A DNA stretch of 63,229 bases, the filler included, from Craspedostauros australis (lineage: Eukaryota), in the NCBI GenBank assembly GCA_030167865.1. It is 13 parts of 13 records of this genome, joined end to end, with 100 filler letters (N's around TTAATTAATTAA, not from the genome) between each part and the next. Parts side by side here need not be neighbours in the genome. Positions count along the whole stretch, not along the records: positions 8,525 to 39,066 come from JALAGF010005219.1; 12 more parts are not named here. One strand, 5' to 3'. Within the stretch, counting starts at the first letter, position 1. The number at the start of each line of letters is the position of its first letter. The notes beneath the pieces are model-generated. The model was not told the origin of the DNA, did no database searches, and saw only the letters and a program-made list of their open reading frames with translations. A program made the position numbers and the translations under genes. This document shows positions 22,320 to 33,628 of the stretch, in pieces.

Positions 22320-24806
22320 ATGCCGTCCGTAGCAACAGCTCCAATGGCAGGCGACGGCGACGTCCACGGCATGAACCGCCGCGTTGTGGTGGAAACTCCC
22401 TCCAACAACGGCGGCGGCACCTTCAGCATGCTCTTCTCCCCCGGCGCATCGTCGCTGGGAACGCCGATCAACACCTCGATCGAAGTGGAGCTGAATTGGG
22501 AGCCATCGTTGATTCGGGCCGAACTGCGCGCCGCCACGGCATTGCTCAGCCACAGATGTTGCCAGATCGCGGCCAAATGGTCCTCGGATCAGCTCGTCGG
22601 ACTTCCCGACAAGCTGTCCGCGCACCGCCCCCTCGACGACGACGACCTCGATGAGGCCATGTCCTACGCCGAACCCTACGCCTTGTCCAGCATCCTCAGC
22701 GAGGACATGCAGCAGATGACGGACCGCGAATGGCATGCCAAGACGTTGGTCACGATCGGGGATTTCTGGCACGCCGCCTGCGTGCTGTCGGACCTGCCCA
22801 AGACTTCGGCCGATGTCACCAGCGTCATCGTGCCGCAGGCCAGATCCAATTTGTCGTCGTTCGGGATCTACCTCAGAGCGTACGCGCTCTATATGGCGGG
22901 CGAACGTCGCAAAGAGCAAACGCAGATGGAGCTCAAAGGGTGAGTGATTGGGTGTGCGGGTGTGCGGGTGTAAGGATGTCGACCATCGTCATCTGCCGTA
23001 TGATGTTCTGAGGATCCCATCTCACAGTTCCACTCTGGTTATTCTTGAAATGATTTACATTACACTCCTCTCCATATGCGTACGTTCCATGATCTTGGAT
23101 GTAATCATGTCGACAATACGGGGATCGTATGGTACGGCATGCGATGGCACGATAGAGACAAAAAGAAGCAGACGGCCGCACGCAATCCTCACTTGAAGCA
23201 GCTCATTGATGAGCTGAGCGTCGCCTACCACGAATCCAAGCTGGACGCCTTCGGCCTTTGGATCTACGGCATGTGCCTCTCGAAGAGCAAAGGCCTGGAG
23301 ACGATGAGCCGGGAGCTCGGTAGCACCAAGTCGGTCTTGAAGAATAGCAGGGACGACCCGCGAGGTCATCCGGAGCCGCACGTTGTGCTGGTGGAGTCGC
23401 TGCTGCAGTTTCCCACCAACTGGTCGGTCTGGTTGGACTTGGCGGAATGGATCGGAAAGGCGCCGCAGGGCATCGAGCAAACCGTCGAGCAGCTTCTGCA
23501 ACCATCGCTCGCGACGCATTACATGTACCATTTCTTCTGCGCTCATCTCATGGCACACCACCATCAAGCTCACGAGGATGCGTTGGTGCTGCTGGAACGG
23601 CTTCATGAACCCATGGGACCCGCTGCGGGCAGCACAAACCCCATGATCCAACAGCAGCAGCAGCAGCAGCAGCAACAGCAGGCACCCGCGAAGCTCTTCT
23701 CATCCACCTACATCAAGACGCAACTGGGAGTCGTGCAGTACCACCTTCGAGAGTTCCAGATGTCGCAGCACTGGTTGATGGAGGCGCACACCGAGGATCC
23801 ATGCTCCCTTGACCACATGGACGTCTTCTCTAATCTCCTTTACGTGCAGGAGGACAAGGTGGCCTTGTCACAGCTCGCGCACCAGTCCGTGTTCGTCGAT
23901 AAATACAGGCCCGAGACATGCTGCATTGTGGGTAACTACTACTCCTTGAAGCAGCAACGACAAAAGGCCATCCTGTACTTCTCGCGATCCCTGCAGCTCG
24001 ATCCGTCCTACACTTCCGCATGGACGCTGATGGGCCATGAGTACGTGGAGCTCAAGCAAACCGAACGCGCCATGGAATGTTACAGACAGGCCGTGTTGAT
24101 CTCTGGGCAGGATTACCGTGCGTGGTACGGTCTAGGGCAGACCTACGAGTTCCTCAACATGCATCTCTACGCCCTCTTCTACTACCGCAAGGCCGCGCAG
24201 ATCAGACCGTACGATCCACGCATGTGGTGCGCCGTCGGTCTGTGTCTCGTCGCGCTGCACAAGGTGCCAGATGCCATCAGAGCCTACGAAAAGGCCGTGG
24301 CGCAGGAAGACCACGAGGGCATCGCCACGCAAAAGCTCGCGAGTCTGTATCGGCAGGAGGGTCGATCTGAAGAGGCCGCCAGGTGCTATTTGCGGCATCT
24401 CGAGCTTCGCTATCTGGCGACTCATCCGCATGTCGATGTCCATGGCCACAACGAAACCACGTTGGATGAGATCGTTCACCATGTTCTCGTGGAAGCGCCG
24501 GAGGCCGAGGCTCTGCTGTTCCTGGCGGTGTATCACAAGATGAACGGGGAATACGACACGGCTGCTCTCTTCTGCAGTCGCTTGGTGGAGTATCCCGGAC
24601 CGGAAAAGGAGCAAGCCAAGGGCCTGCTGCGCGATCTGCGGTCCAGAACACGATACGCAAGTGGCGCTCCTCCAGCAACGCCCAGCGTTGAAACGAAGCC
24701 GCAGCAACGCGGCAACGTGGCCACATTGGATTCACCTGCGTCAATGGCAACCGTCGACAACAACAAGAGACGGGATCAATCTTCAGTCTTTGAATTCTCG
24801 CCATAG
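22320..24806 (+). CDS. CDC23: Anaphase-promoting complex subunit 8 / Cdc23; join(22320..22939,23156..24806)
   Basis: AAKWSSDQL, YALYMAGERRKE and TPRs: DKYRPETCCIVGNYYSL, AWTLMGHEYVELK, DYRAWYGLGQTYE, RPYDPRMW. A GTGAGT...TAG intron in phase 2 keeps the frame. Confidence 0.92.
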
Positions 24807-25271
24807 TAGAAATCTCATCACTTTCGATTCGTGCGTTATTCAAACGGGCTGGATTCCTAGAGGAAAAGTGAGCGGCATCATGTGTTTTTTACGTCAACAC
24901 AAACGACAACAATGCCCTTCTGGCCCAGAGGCATGTTCATGGATACGTTGGGAAATAATATTCATGTCATTTCTGTCCTCTTCACGTGCGCTTTTGCCTC
25001 CTGGCAATGGGAGGCGGAAGATGTGGACGAAGATGGATGCGAATCAGTTGCCTGCGATGGCGACAAGAGATCGAGAGCAAGAGAGACGAACAGAGGTACG
25101 AGTTGGGACAGACGTGCATCGTTCAGACCTTTGCTTCACATTCCGTTATCCACGACGAGTACGATCGCCCAGAAGGACTGATTCCTTTGCTCACTCAGCC
25201 CACACCCTCCACGCTTGTCCCATAACTCGAGCAGCAACATCATCACAATCATAGTTGCGATCACAACGACG

Positions 25272-26731
25272 ATGACGATGATTGCTTCGATTTTGCAACG
25301 ACGTTGGGAGACAACGTCGCAGGTGCGATTCTCCTACCTTTGATACTCGTCGTGGGATGGGCTGTCGTTGCCTTGAGCAGACCACCCGCCAAGGATGCTC
25401 CCTTGAAGGTTCCTGTCGGGATCATGAAGTCCATGAGGATGATGGCGTCGCCCGAAGCGCCATGGTGGTATCTCCAACTTCGAGAAACTTTGGGGTCATC
25501 CATCTTCCAGCACAACATCCCGGCGCCTGGTGGCATGTACGTCGTCTGCGCTTCCAAGCACCAACGTGAGGTTCTGCTCGACAGGACTTCCGACAAGCTG
25601 CTGCACATGTACTCAAGCTTCGACACCATCATGGGACACAAAAGTATGTTCACGAGCTCAACACTCGACCCATGCTGCAGGCACATGAGGAAAGCCGTTG
25701 CACATTCATTGTCGTCTTCGGAAGTCGACCGGATGAATTCAATCTGCACGAAATACGTCAAGGAATGGGAAACAAACTTTCTCGAGAAGCTGGCAGATAC
25801 CGACGCCACATTCGATCCATCAATCGAATTGCCGAAGGTCGTTTTCAAGTCCATCATGGAGGCAGCATTCGAATACGAATCAACTCCCGAAGACTTCGAC
25901 ATGTTCACGTCCAACTTCGAAGAGGGCGTACATGAATTCGTCCTGCGTCAAGGCACCAACCCTTTGCGGAAGGCCTTCAGCTTCATGATCCCAGAAGTCT
26001 GGGTGGCGAAAAAGTGCTGTTCTGCTGTTCAGGACTTTGGAAAGAAGGTTTTGACAGCCTATCGCGAGAATCCCAACAAATCGGAGCACAACACGCTGAT
26101 CAAGGCAATTGAGAACAATCATCACGATATGCCAGAACAACAAAAGATTGCAGAACTGCTTGTTTTGATTTTCGCCGGTTTCGATACGACGGGGTGCACC
26201 CTTTCCAATACCCTCGTCTTGCTGGCCCAACATCCCAACGAGATGAAGGACCTGCAGCAATCGCTGTTGCGGGATGATTCGACGCAATCCCATGATCATC
26301 TGAAACGCGTGATAGCTGAATCTCAACGATTGCTCCCTGTTGGTGCCATTGGCTCCGCTCGCCTCGCCGGTCGCGACTTCATCTTCGACGACGAACCCTC
26401 CAACCGCAAGGTTGTAATCCCGAAAGGCGCCACCGTCATTCTTCCGCAGATCACCGCCCACCGAGATGAAGCGGTGTTCGAAGATGCTCAACAGTTCAAG
26501 CCTGGTCGATGGGAGAATCCGACCAAGGAGATGATGCAGAGCGTGGTGGCATTCGCCTTGGGTAGTCGCAACTGTCCCGGCCAATCGTTGGCGGTTTCCG
26601 AGCTGTACTCCGTCTTGCCCAGCATCTTGTCGAAGTACGAGTTCGAATTGGTGGCAGAAGGCAAGATGTATTGTTTCGTGACGATGAAGTGCGCTGATAC
26701 CAAGCTCCGTGTGAAGAGGGCGAAGGTTTGA
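25272..26731 (+). CDS. Cytochrome P450, tandem copy 1 (1-nt deletion just after the ATGs; possible pseudogene or N-truncated from Met at 25424)
   Basis: I-helix AGFDTT, ESQR, FKPGRW, heme motif FALGSRNCPG. The ATGs at 25272/25278 are out of frame with the P450 frame, unlike in the paralog. Confidence 0.85.
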
Positions 26732-27560
26732 GCATCATCCTGCGTACAGGTCGACATTGTCAGCCGCAGCCACGGCCACACCATCATTGAATACGATTAT
26801 ACCATACTTGTACTCGCATACAGGACACATGTGCTTCACCCAAGTGATCAGCAATACTCGGCGTTACGGAATTGGGAATGGAGATAGCATGTATTGATGC
26901 ATAGTATGTATAATAGTGCAGCGACGAGCATACGATTGGATCGCAGAGGTGCCAGGCCGAGATCCGGTTGCGCGCAAGTGTTGCTGTCGTCTCCGTCGGT
27001 AAGGAGAGGAAAAACAACACACACGAAAGATTGATACCATGAGGCACGAATCAAGCAATCCCGAAAGGTATTGCTTGATGTCTCGCGTGTCGCTTCGCGC
27101 CACCATCGCTCAAAGAACGATAAATCTGACGACGGACCACCACACACCAAAGGGAGAGGAGGATGCGACCGCATTGGACAAGGCCGCTTGCCCTGTTCTC
27201 TCGCTTCTCCAATCCTTCGCGCGACAACACCATTTTCGCCTTTCCTCCTCTGCAGCACTCATGCGTGCACTTTTGTCTCCTGGCAATGGGAGACGGAAGG
27301 TGTGTATGAAGTTGGACGCGGATCAGTTGCCTGCGATGGCGACAACAGATCGAGAGAGAGAGAGAGACGAGCTGAGGTATGAGGAGGGACAAACGTGCAT
27401 CGATCAGACCTTTGCTTCGCATGATCTCACCACCACGAGTAAGATCGCCCGGAAGGACTGATTCCTTTGCTTAGTCAGCCCACACCCTCCACGCTTGTCC
27501 CATAAATCCAGGAACACGAGCAGCAACATCATCACCGTCACAGTTGCGATCACAACGACG

Positions 27561-29021
27561 ATGACGATGGTGGACTTCGATTTCGCAACGACGTTGGGAG
27601 ACAACGTCGCAGCTGTGATTCTCCTCCCTTTGATACTCGCCGTGGGATGGACTGTCATCGCCTTGCGCAGGCCACCACCCGAAGATGCTCCCGTGAAGGT
27701 CCCCGCGGGCATCATGGAGACTGTCAAGACCCTGGTATCATCCGAAGCGCCATGGTGGTATCTCCAACTCCAAGAATCTTTGGGATCATCCATCTTCCTG
27801 CACAACATCCCAGTGTCTGGGGGTATCTACATGGTTTGCGCTGCGAAGGATCAACGTGAGATTCTGCTCGACAAAACTACGGAGAAACCGCTTGACTTGT
27901 ACTCATGTTTCGACACACTGTATGGACACAAACAAATGCTCACGAGCTCAACGTCCGACCCATATTGCAAGCAAATGAGGAAAGCCGTCGCGCACTCCTT
28001 TTCGTCTTCGGAAGTCAACCGAATGAATTCCATCTGTGCGAAATACGCCGAGGAATGGGAAGCAAACTTTCTCGAGAAACTCGCGGATACCGACGCCACG
28101 TTCGATCCATCCATCGAATTGCCAAAGGTCGTCTTCAAATCCATCATGGAGGCAGCCTTCGAATACGAATCGACTCCCGAGGAGTTCCACTTATTCACAT
28201 CCAACTTTGCAGTGGCCGCGTGTGAGTTCACTGTCCGCCAAGCCGTCAATCCTTTGCGAAAGGCGTTCGGCTTCATGATCCCGGAAGTTTGGGCGGCACA
28301 TAAGTCGTGCTCCGCCTTGCAGGACTTTGGAAAGAAGGTGTTGACAGCCTATCGCAACAATCCCAACAAGTCGAAGCGCAACACACTTATCAAGATGCTC
28401 GAGACCAACCAACACGATGTGTCAGAGAAGCAAAAGATTGCGGAACTGGTTGCTTTGATTGTGGCTGGTTTTGATACAACGGGATACACACTTGCCATCA
28501 TCCTCGTTCTGCTGGCCAAGCATCCCGATGAAATGAAGTCCCTGCAGCAATCGTTGTTGAAGGGTGATTCCACACAGTCTAACAATCACCTCAAGCGCGT
28601 GATCACCGAGTCCCAACGAGTACTGCCCGTTCTCGCAACGGGAGGCGCTCGTCGCATCAACCGCGATTTCATCTTCATTGATGAGCCCTCCAACCGCAAG
28701 GTCAAGGTTCCAAAAGGTGCCACCGTCTTTCTTCCACAGATCACAGCCCACCGCGACGAGGCGGTGTTCGAGGATGCTCAAGAGTTCAAGCCTGATCGAT
28801 GGGAGAATCCGACCAAGGAAATGATGCAGAGCATCATGACATTCTCCGTGGGAAATCGCAACTGCCCCGGTCAATCGTTGGCAACTGCTGAGCTCTACTC
28901 GGTCTTGCCAAGTCTCTTGTCCAAGTACGAGTTCGAATTGGTGACGGAAGGAACATTGGAAGTATTCATGACCATGAAGTACGCCAACACCAAGCTCCGT
29001 GCGAAGAGGGTGAAGGCTTGA
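27561..29021 (+). CDS. Cytochrome P450, tandem copy 2 (intact, N-terminal membrane anchor)
   Basis: MTMVDFDFATTLGDN plus TM segment; AGFDTT, ESQR, FKPDRW, FSVGNRNCPG. Confidence 0.92.
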   Translation: MTMVDFDFATTLGDNVAAVILLPLILAVGWTVIALRRPPPEDAPVKVPAGIMETVKTLVSSEAPWWYLQLQESLGSSIFLHNIPVSGGIYMVCAAKDQREILLDKTTEKPLDLYSCFDTLYGHKQMLTSSTSDPYCKQMRKAVAHSFSSSEVNRMNSICAKYAEEWEANFLEKLADTDATFDPSIELPKVVFKSIMEAAFEYESTPEEFHLFTSNFAVAACEFTVRQAVNPLRKAFGFMIPEVWAAHKSCSALQDFGKKVLTAYRNNPNKSKRNTLIKMLETNQHDVSEKQKIAELVALIVAGFDTTGYTLAIILVLLAKHPDEMKSLQQSLLKGDSTQSNNHLKRVITESQRVLPVLATGGARRINRDFIFIDEPSNRKVKVPKGATVFLPQITAHRDEAVFEDAQEFKPDRWENPTKEMMQSIMTFSVGNRNCPGQSLATAELYSVLPSLLSKYEFELVTEGTLEVFMTMKYANTKLRAKRVKA

Positions 29022-29494
29022 GTCCCATCCACCGTCATGATACACAATGGCAGCCACTTTCCTGCCCGAATGAAATAGTGCAACACTCTACTCCGGGCAT
29101 TCCGTTCATGTTGCTCAACTCAAGCGATCATCAATGGCGCGGCATTAAGGAGAATGGAATGGAGATGGCCTACGTGGATCTCAACGAAAGGCTCTAGTTT
29201 AGTTTAGTTTTGCCCGTGCATCAATCTCTCACACACGACTGGATTTGGCGCCAGAACGCGGTCTCTCCAGGAACGTTACCTCTTTTGTGGTACTCGCTGA
29301 AAAGATACCAATCGTTCACAACCGTCAATTTTAAGGCGTTTCGGCACTTCATGCAAGCGCGACGTTGATGTCGCCAGAGGGCATTGCGCTTGGAACTGTA
29401 ATCAATCAATCGAACACAATCCTCCACCCAAATCCTATTTCATTTTATATTATACTGTTACATGGATACTCAGGGATTGCGAATGGAATAGACA

Positions 29495-31381
29495 ATGAAC
29501 TCGGATGATGTGCTGAATTCGTTGATGGCGGAGATGGGCGCTGCCCAGGGCTACGCAGTTGATCCGAAGAAGGCCGCAAGGGCCAAGCCATCCACCAAGC
29601 GCATGCTGCCGGAACTGGACGGATACCCTGACAACCTGCGTCGCGCTGGCACGGACCGCATCTGGAATCCGTACGTGGCATGCGCTAGCTTGCCGACATC
29701 GCAACCGCTGCCCTTCCTGGCCACGAATCCGCACGTCGAAGTCATGCGCCGCCGTGCCTACGAGAAGTTCAAGACGAGCATGACGGAGATGCTGCAGCGC
29801 ATTCAGACGAACCTCAAGGTCAAGCTCCCGATCCCTGCCATGTTGGAGAAGTGGCACATGGATTGCAAATTCGAAGAAGTGCGCGCGTATTTGGGACAAC
29901 GGGGGCATGCGCAACACGAAAAGCATAAGCTGATAGATACGACTGCGAACATCCATGCGGCCTTCCTGGACGCCCTGCAACCATCGAAAGCCAACGATCC
30001 GACGGTCCTGATCGATCCGGTGCTGCTGCAAGCTTCCACGGCGCGCGTCTGTTCGTTGGCAGCGCGCTTTCGGCAGGAATACCAACGCGCCTCGGCAAAA
30101 GATGCGCATCCCAACAAGAAGGTCAGCAAGAAGATGCAGCAAATTACGAAAGGCGTGCACGCCATCGTGTGCCAAGCGCTGGAGCAGATGGAGCAGGAAT
30201 TGCGCAACGCCCAGAAAACGACGATGGGTAAGAAGTCGCCGAAGATTCAGTACGATGCCGAACATCAACAGCACAAGGTGACGTATGCGGGTTTGACGTT
30301 TGCGGTGCACGCGCGGCATTACGAGAAGCTGCAGCGGCTGTTCGATCGCCGAAAGAGCGGGATGGATTTCGCGACGGCCTTGTTTTGCGTGTTGTGCCGA
30401 TACGACATGCTGCAAGGTGCCGGACTGCAGGCCGGGATGCCAGGCGGCGTCTTTGATGTCCTGCTGACGCATTTTGAGTGTCAGATGGAATGCTTCGCGT
30501 CGCCGCTGAATTGTCGGTACGGCAACTTCGGATCGGTCTTCGATCTGGACCGGTTGTTCGGAAGCCAAGGCAGCTTCTTCACGCATCGATACGCAGCGGG
30601 TGGATGCTACCAGGCCAATCCACCCTTTTGCGAATCGGTGATCTGCGGCATGTGCGATCGCATGGACGAACTGCTGAAGGAACAGACGCACCATCCGTTG
30701 ATGTTCATCATCTTCGTGCCCGTGTGGAAGGAGTCGCCGGGGTATCAAAAGCTGGTGCAATCGGCGCATCTGTCGCGGCACGTTGTGTTGGATCAAGGTC
30801 GTCACTGGTACACGGAGGGCACGCAGTATCGGCGAAAAGCATCGTTCCGTGTGGCGTCCTTCGACACCTCCATCTTCTTCTTCCAAAATGAACCGGCGAA
30901 GCAGAAATGGACGGTGACGGAAGCTGCCGTTGACGACATCCGCAATGCGTTTCAGAAGGACCCTCATGTCAATGACAAAGCTACATCGGCTGCACGGATA
31001 ACGGCATCAGCAGCAGCAGCAGCAGTGAAGGAGAAGGAAAAGGAACAGCCCGTGAAGACATCAGCGTCGTCATCGGCAGCATTTTCGTCACGATCTGCCG
31101 TTGGCACCAGCATTGACAGCGACCGCCACCACCCGGCATCAACCCAATCCAAACGAAAACAGTCAGACAAACGTGCCAAGCCCACAAAGCAGCCGAAAGG
31201 CAAGAAACGCAAGCTCGTCGATGGACAAGACCAGTTGGATCTGTTGTCATCGCTGGGATTGGCGTCATCCAGCAATATCGACAGCAGCAACGACAACGAC
31301 AACAATGACAACACAGGCGTGAAAGAAGCCCCGACAAAACCGGCCGGCAAGAAGTCGAAGAAAGGGAAGCGGCGCAAATAA
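29495..31381 (+). CDS. PCIF1: PCIF1/CAPAM-like mRNA cap adenosine N6-methyltransferase
   Basis: LCRYDML.GAGLQA, ECFASPLN, FGSQGSFF, GGCYQANPPF (NPPF catalytic motif), LMFIIFVPVW. Basic NLS-like tail. Confidence 0.8.
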   Translation: MNSDDVLNSLMAEMGAAQGYAVDPKKAARAKPSTKRMLPELDGYPDNLRRAGTDRIWNPYVACASLPTSQPLPFLATNPHVEVMRRRAYEKFKTSMTEMLQRIQTNLKVKLPIPAMLEKWHMDCKFEEVRAYLGQRGHAQHEKHKLIDTTANIHAAFLDALQPSKANDPTVLIDPVLLQASTARVCSLAARFRQEYQRASAKDAHPNKKVSKKMQQITKGVHAIVCQALEQMEQELRNAQKTTMGKKSPKIQYDAEHQQHKVTYAGLTFAVHARHYEKLQRLFDRRKSGMDFATALFCVLCRYDMLQGAGLQAGMPGGVFDVLLTHFECQMECFASPLNCRYGNFGSVFDLDRLFGSQGSFFTHRYAAGGCYQANPPFCESVICGMCDRMDELLKEQTHHPLMFIIFVPVWKESPGYQKLVQSAHLSRHVVLDQGRHWYTEGTQYRRKASFRVASFDTSIFFFQNEPAKQKWTVTEAAVDDIRNAFQKDPHVNDKATSAARITASAAAAAVKEKEKEQPVKTSASSSAAFSSRSAVGTSIDSDRHHPASTQSKRKQSDKRAKPTKQPKGKKRKLVDGQDQLDLLSSLGLASSSNIDSSNDNDNNDNTGVKEAPTKPAGKKSKKGKRRK

Positions 31382-31459
31382 AAGCAACTGATGTTTGTTT
31401 GCAGACTCAAAATTGTAGTGTTCTCTATTTGCGCCTCACATTCGCAGCCACCGACCGTG

Positions 31460-32821
31460 CTATCGTTCCAACAGTATCCGCTTCGACAGCAGATGATACA
31501 GGACATCCCGCTTGTGGCGTGTGTGGATATACCTCACGCGCTGATCGGCGCGGTGCAGGATATGCGGCCATAACGATGACGGGACCCCGAGGTTGCGGAT
31601 TATGCGCCGTCCGCCACGATTGAGGTCAAGGAGATAGTCGATCTCAGGGATGTCGGAGTATTCGGACGGGAAATCCAACGACAGCAGAGTGGTGTTGTGC
31701 TGCAGTCCTTGCAGGAGGCACACGCCATCGTCACCGGGGACGCGCAGGTGCTGCAAGGCTGGAAAGTATGCGAGCCGTTGACCTAGCAAACGCGTCGCGG
31801 TGGCTGTGATGCCGCATTCGAAGAGGGAGAGATGGCGTATTGTTCGATTCGTTTGAAGGGACTGCGTAAGCGCCAGCATGTCGCGTTCCGTGATCATGTA
31901 TTCCGTCATTGTGAGTTGCGTCAAGTGGCGATTGGATTGTAACGATTCAAAGAATAGCTGCAGGTTGGGTATGGCATCCTCACTGAGACCGTCGTAGGAT
32001 ATCGTCAACTCGTTCCATTTGCACTGCCGTTGATCATGATCTGCGTCTGTCTGAGTGCTTGCCGTTGTTGTTGTTGGTGCTGCTGCTGTTGCCAATCCCG
32101 CGCGGCGTTGGCCTTGATCGATCAGAACCTGCGCCAGACTTCCCAGCGTCGCTTGCTTACAGCTGTTGCCATCGAGATGGATGATCGACAAGGACGGATG
32201 GAACGCCGCCGCTCGGACGAACCGTGCCACGTCCATATCCGATAGCTTGCAAGCGACAAGGCTGATGGTGCGCACATGTCGGATGGTGGCAAGCTGATCG
32301 CAGAGTGCGACGCAGTTGTCGCTGAGGAATGTGGAAGCTCGAAAGCTCAATGTTTTGAGGTGGCGGGAAGCACGTGATAGTCCAGGCTGAATGAGATGCA
32401 GCACCTGCCCTTGGTACTGGAAGTACATGCGGATGTTGGCCTGCTCAATGTGCGACTTGCGGAAGAGGCTCGCCAATGCCGGATAGGACTGTGGATCGCA
32501 GTCGATCGTGGCGTTGAAGGTAAAGGTCTTGATATGCCGTCCGGACATGGCGGCCAACGCCCGATCCACGCGTCCGCTGCAATCCCCCAGCGTGATCGTC
32601 GTCCAACGGTGGTGACTGTGCAGAAAGGCCCACAGATGCGGAAGATTGGCATCGTGGAATTCCACGCGATGGCATTCGAGGCTGACGATGGAGCCATGCG
32701 CAGTGGCCTCCTGCAGCCTTTGGATGATCGTCTCGTGGCTGAGGCCGCCGGATAACCGCAGCACATGCAAATCACGGAAGAACTGGGTGACTTGGTCGTG
32801 AAGCCTTTGGGTGGTTTCCAT
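31460..32821 (-). CDS. RNI-like leucine-rich repeat protein (common diatom family)
   Basis: LxxLxL repeats (LQSNRHLTQL, LQTNRTIRHLSLFECGI, LQHNTTLLSL). Typical C-terminus LNRGGRR...LWPHILHRA...DVLYHLL. Start taken at METTQ. Confidence 0.75.
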   Translation of the reverse strand: METTQRLHDQVTQFFRDLHVLRLSGGLSHETIIQRLQEATAHGSIVSLECHRVEFHDANLPHLWAFLHSHHRWTTITLGDCSGRVDRALAAMSGRHIKTFTFNATIDCDPQSYPALASLFRKSHIEQANIRMYFQYQGQVLHLIQPGLSRASRHLKTLSFRASTFLSDNCVALCDQLATIRHVRTISLVACKLSDMDVARFVRAAAFHPSLSIIHLDGNSCKQATLGSLAQVLIDQGQRRAGLATAAAPTTTTASTQTDADHDQRQCKWNELTISYDGLSEDAIPNLQLFFESLQSNRHLTQLTMTEYMITERDMLALTQSLQTNRTIRHLSLFECGITATATRLLGQRLAYFPALQHLRVPGDDGVCLLQGLQHNTTLLSLDFPSEYSDIPEIDYLLDLNRGGRRIIRNLGVPSSLWPHILHRADQRVRYIHTRHKRDVLYHLLSKRILLER

Positions 32822-33628
32822 TGTCAGCCTTTCTGCCTTGCAGGGATTGCGACGGCAGTGTGGATTGGCAGTGGAGTGTGGGATTGAGCGCGATCGATCG
32901 CGGCTTTGGTACACGCAATGCAACAAGGTGTTCTGCGACGATGGTTCCGCTCTCACCCTCTTCAGTACACTCACTACACACACACGAGTACGCCGCCCGC
33001 TGAATTGCCTTTCTCTGTTGTCAGTTGTTTCTGCTTCCTGTTCTCTGTCTCTTGAATCTGCCGTCCGATGATACAAGAACAGAGTACTCTTCGATGGATG
33101 ATGTCAACTCGGATCTGCTTCGGTACCGCGATGACGAATCCACCAGTTCTCGTTTCGTCACTCGTCCCCTTTGGTGGCTGCCTGTTGGTGTGCGAGAACG
33201 AGATGCGATGTACACGCGCTTGTGCCGAAAACGGAAGTGGCGGGAAAAAGCGGAGGCGTCACAGGCGTTATGGTCGTATGGGTCAACCGTGACATTTTGA
33301 TGTGATGAGCTCGCGACTCAACCGTATCCAAGACTGACGCTTGACGACACGTTGCACAAATCACTCAAACCAGAAGAATCCTTTTGGGGTGGTGTTCTCT
33401 GCAATCCAATCCAATCCAATCCAATCAGATGACCATGATAGGTGGAAGATGATGATGGCTGTTGGTGGCTGTTGATGGATGCAGAAAGAGAGGAGCAGAT
33501 CGAAACAGAATCATATAATACGATCTGCAATTTATTATATATTACGCCTTCCACAACATCTATCGACGACAGCGCTGCTCCACGAGTATCACAGCACACT
33601 TCTGCTCAACAGTATACGTACGAGTACG

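Noticed and set aside
29450..30967. 505-aa antisense ORF over the PCIF1-like gene (and similar long shadow ORFs such as 13847-15058 and 20811-21698)
   Set aside because: No motifs; expected shadows of GC-rich, codon-biased genes on the opposite strand.
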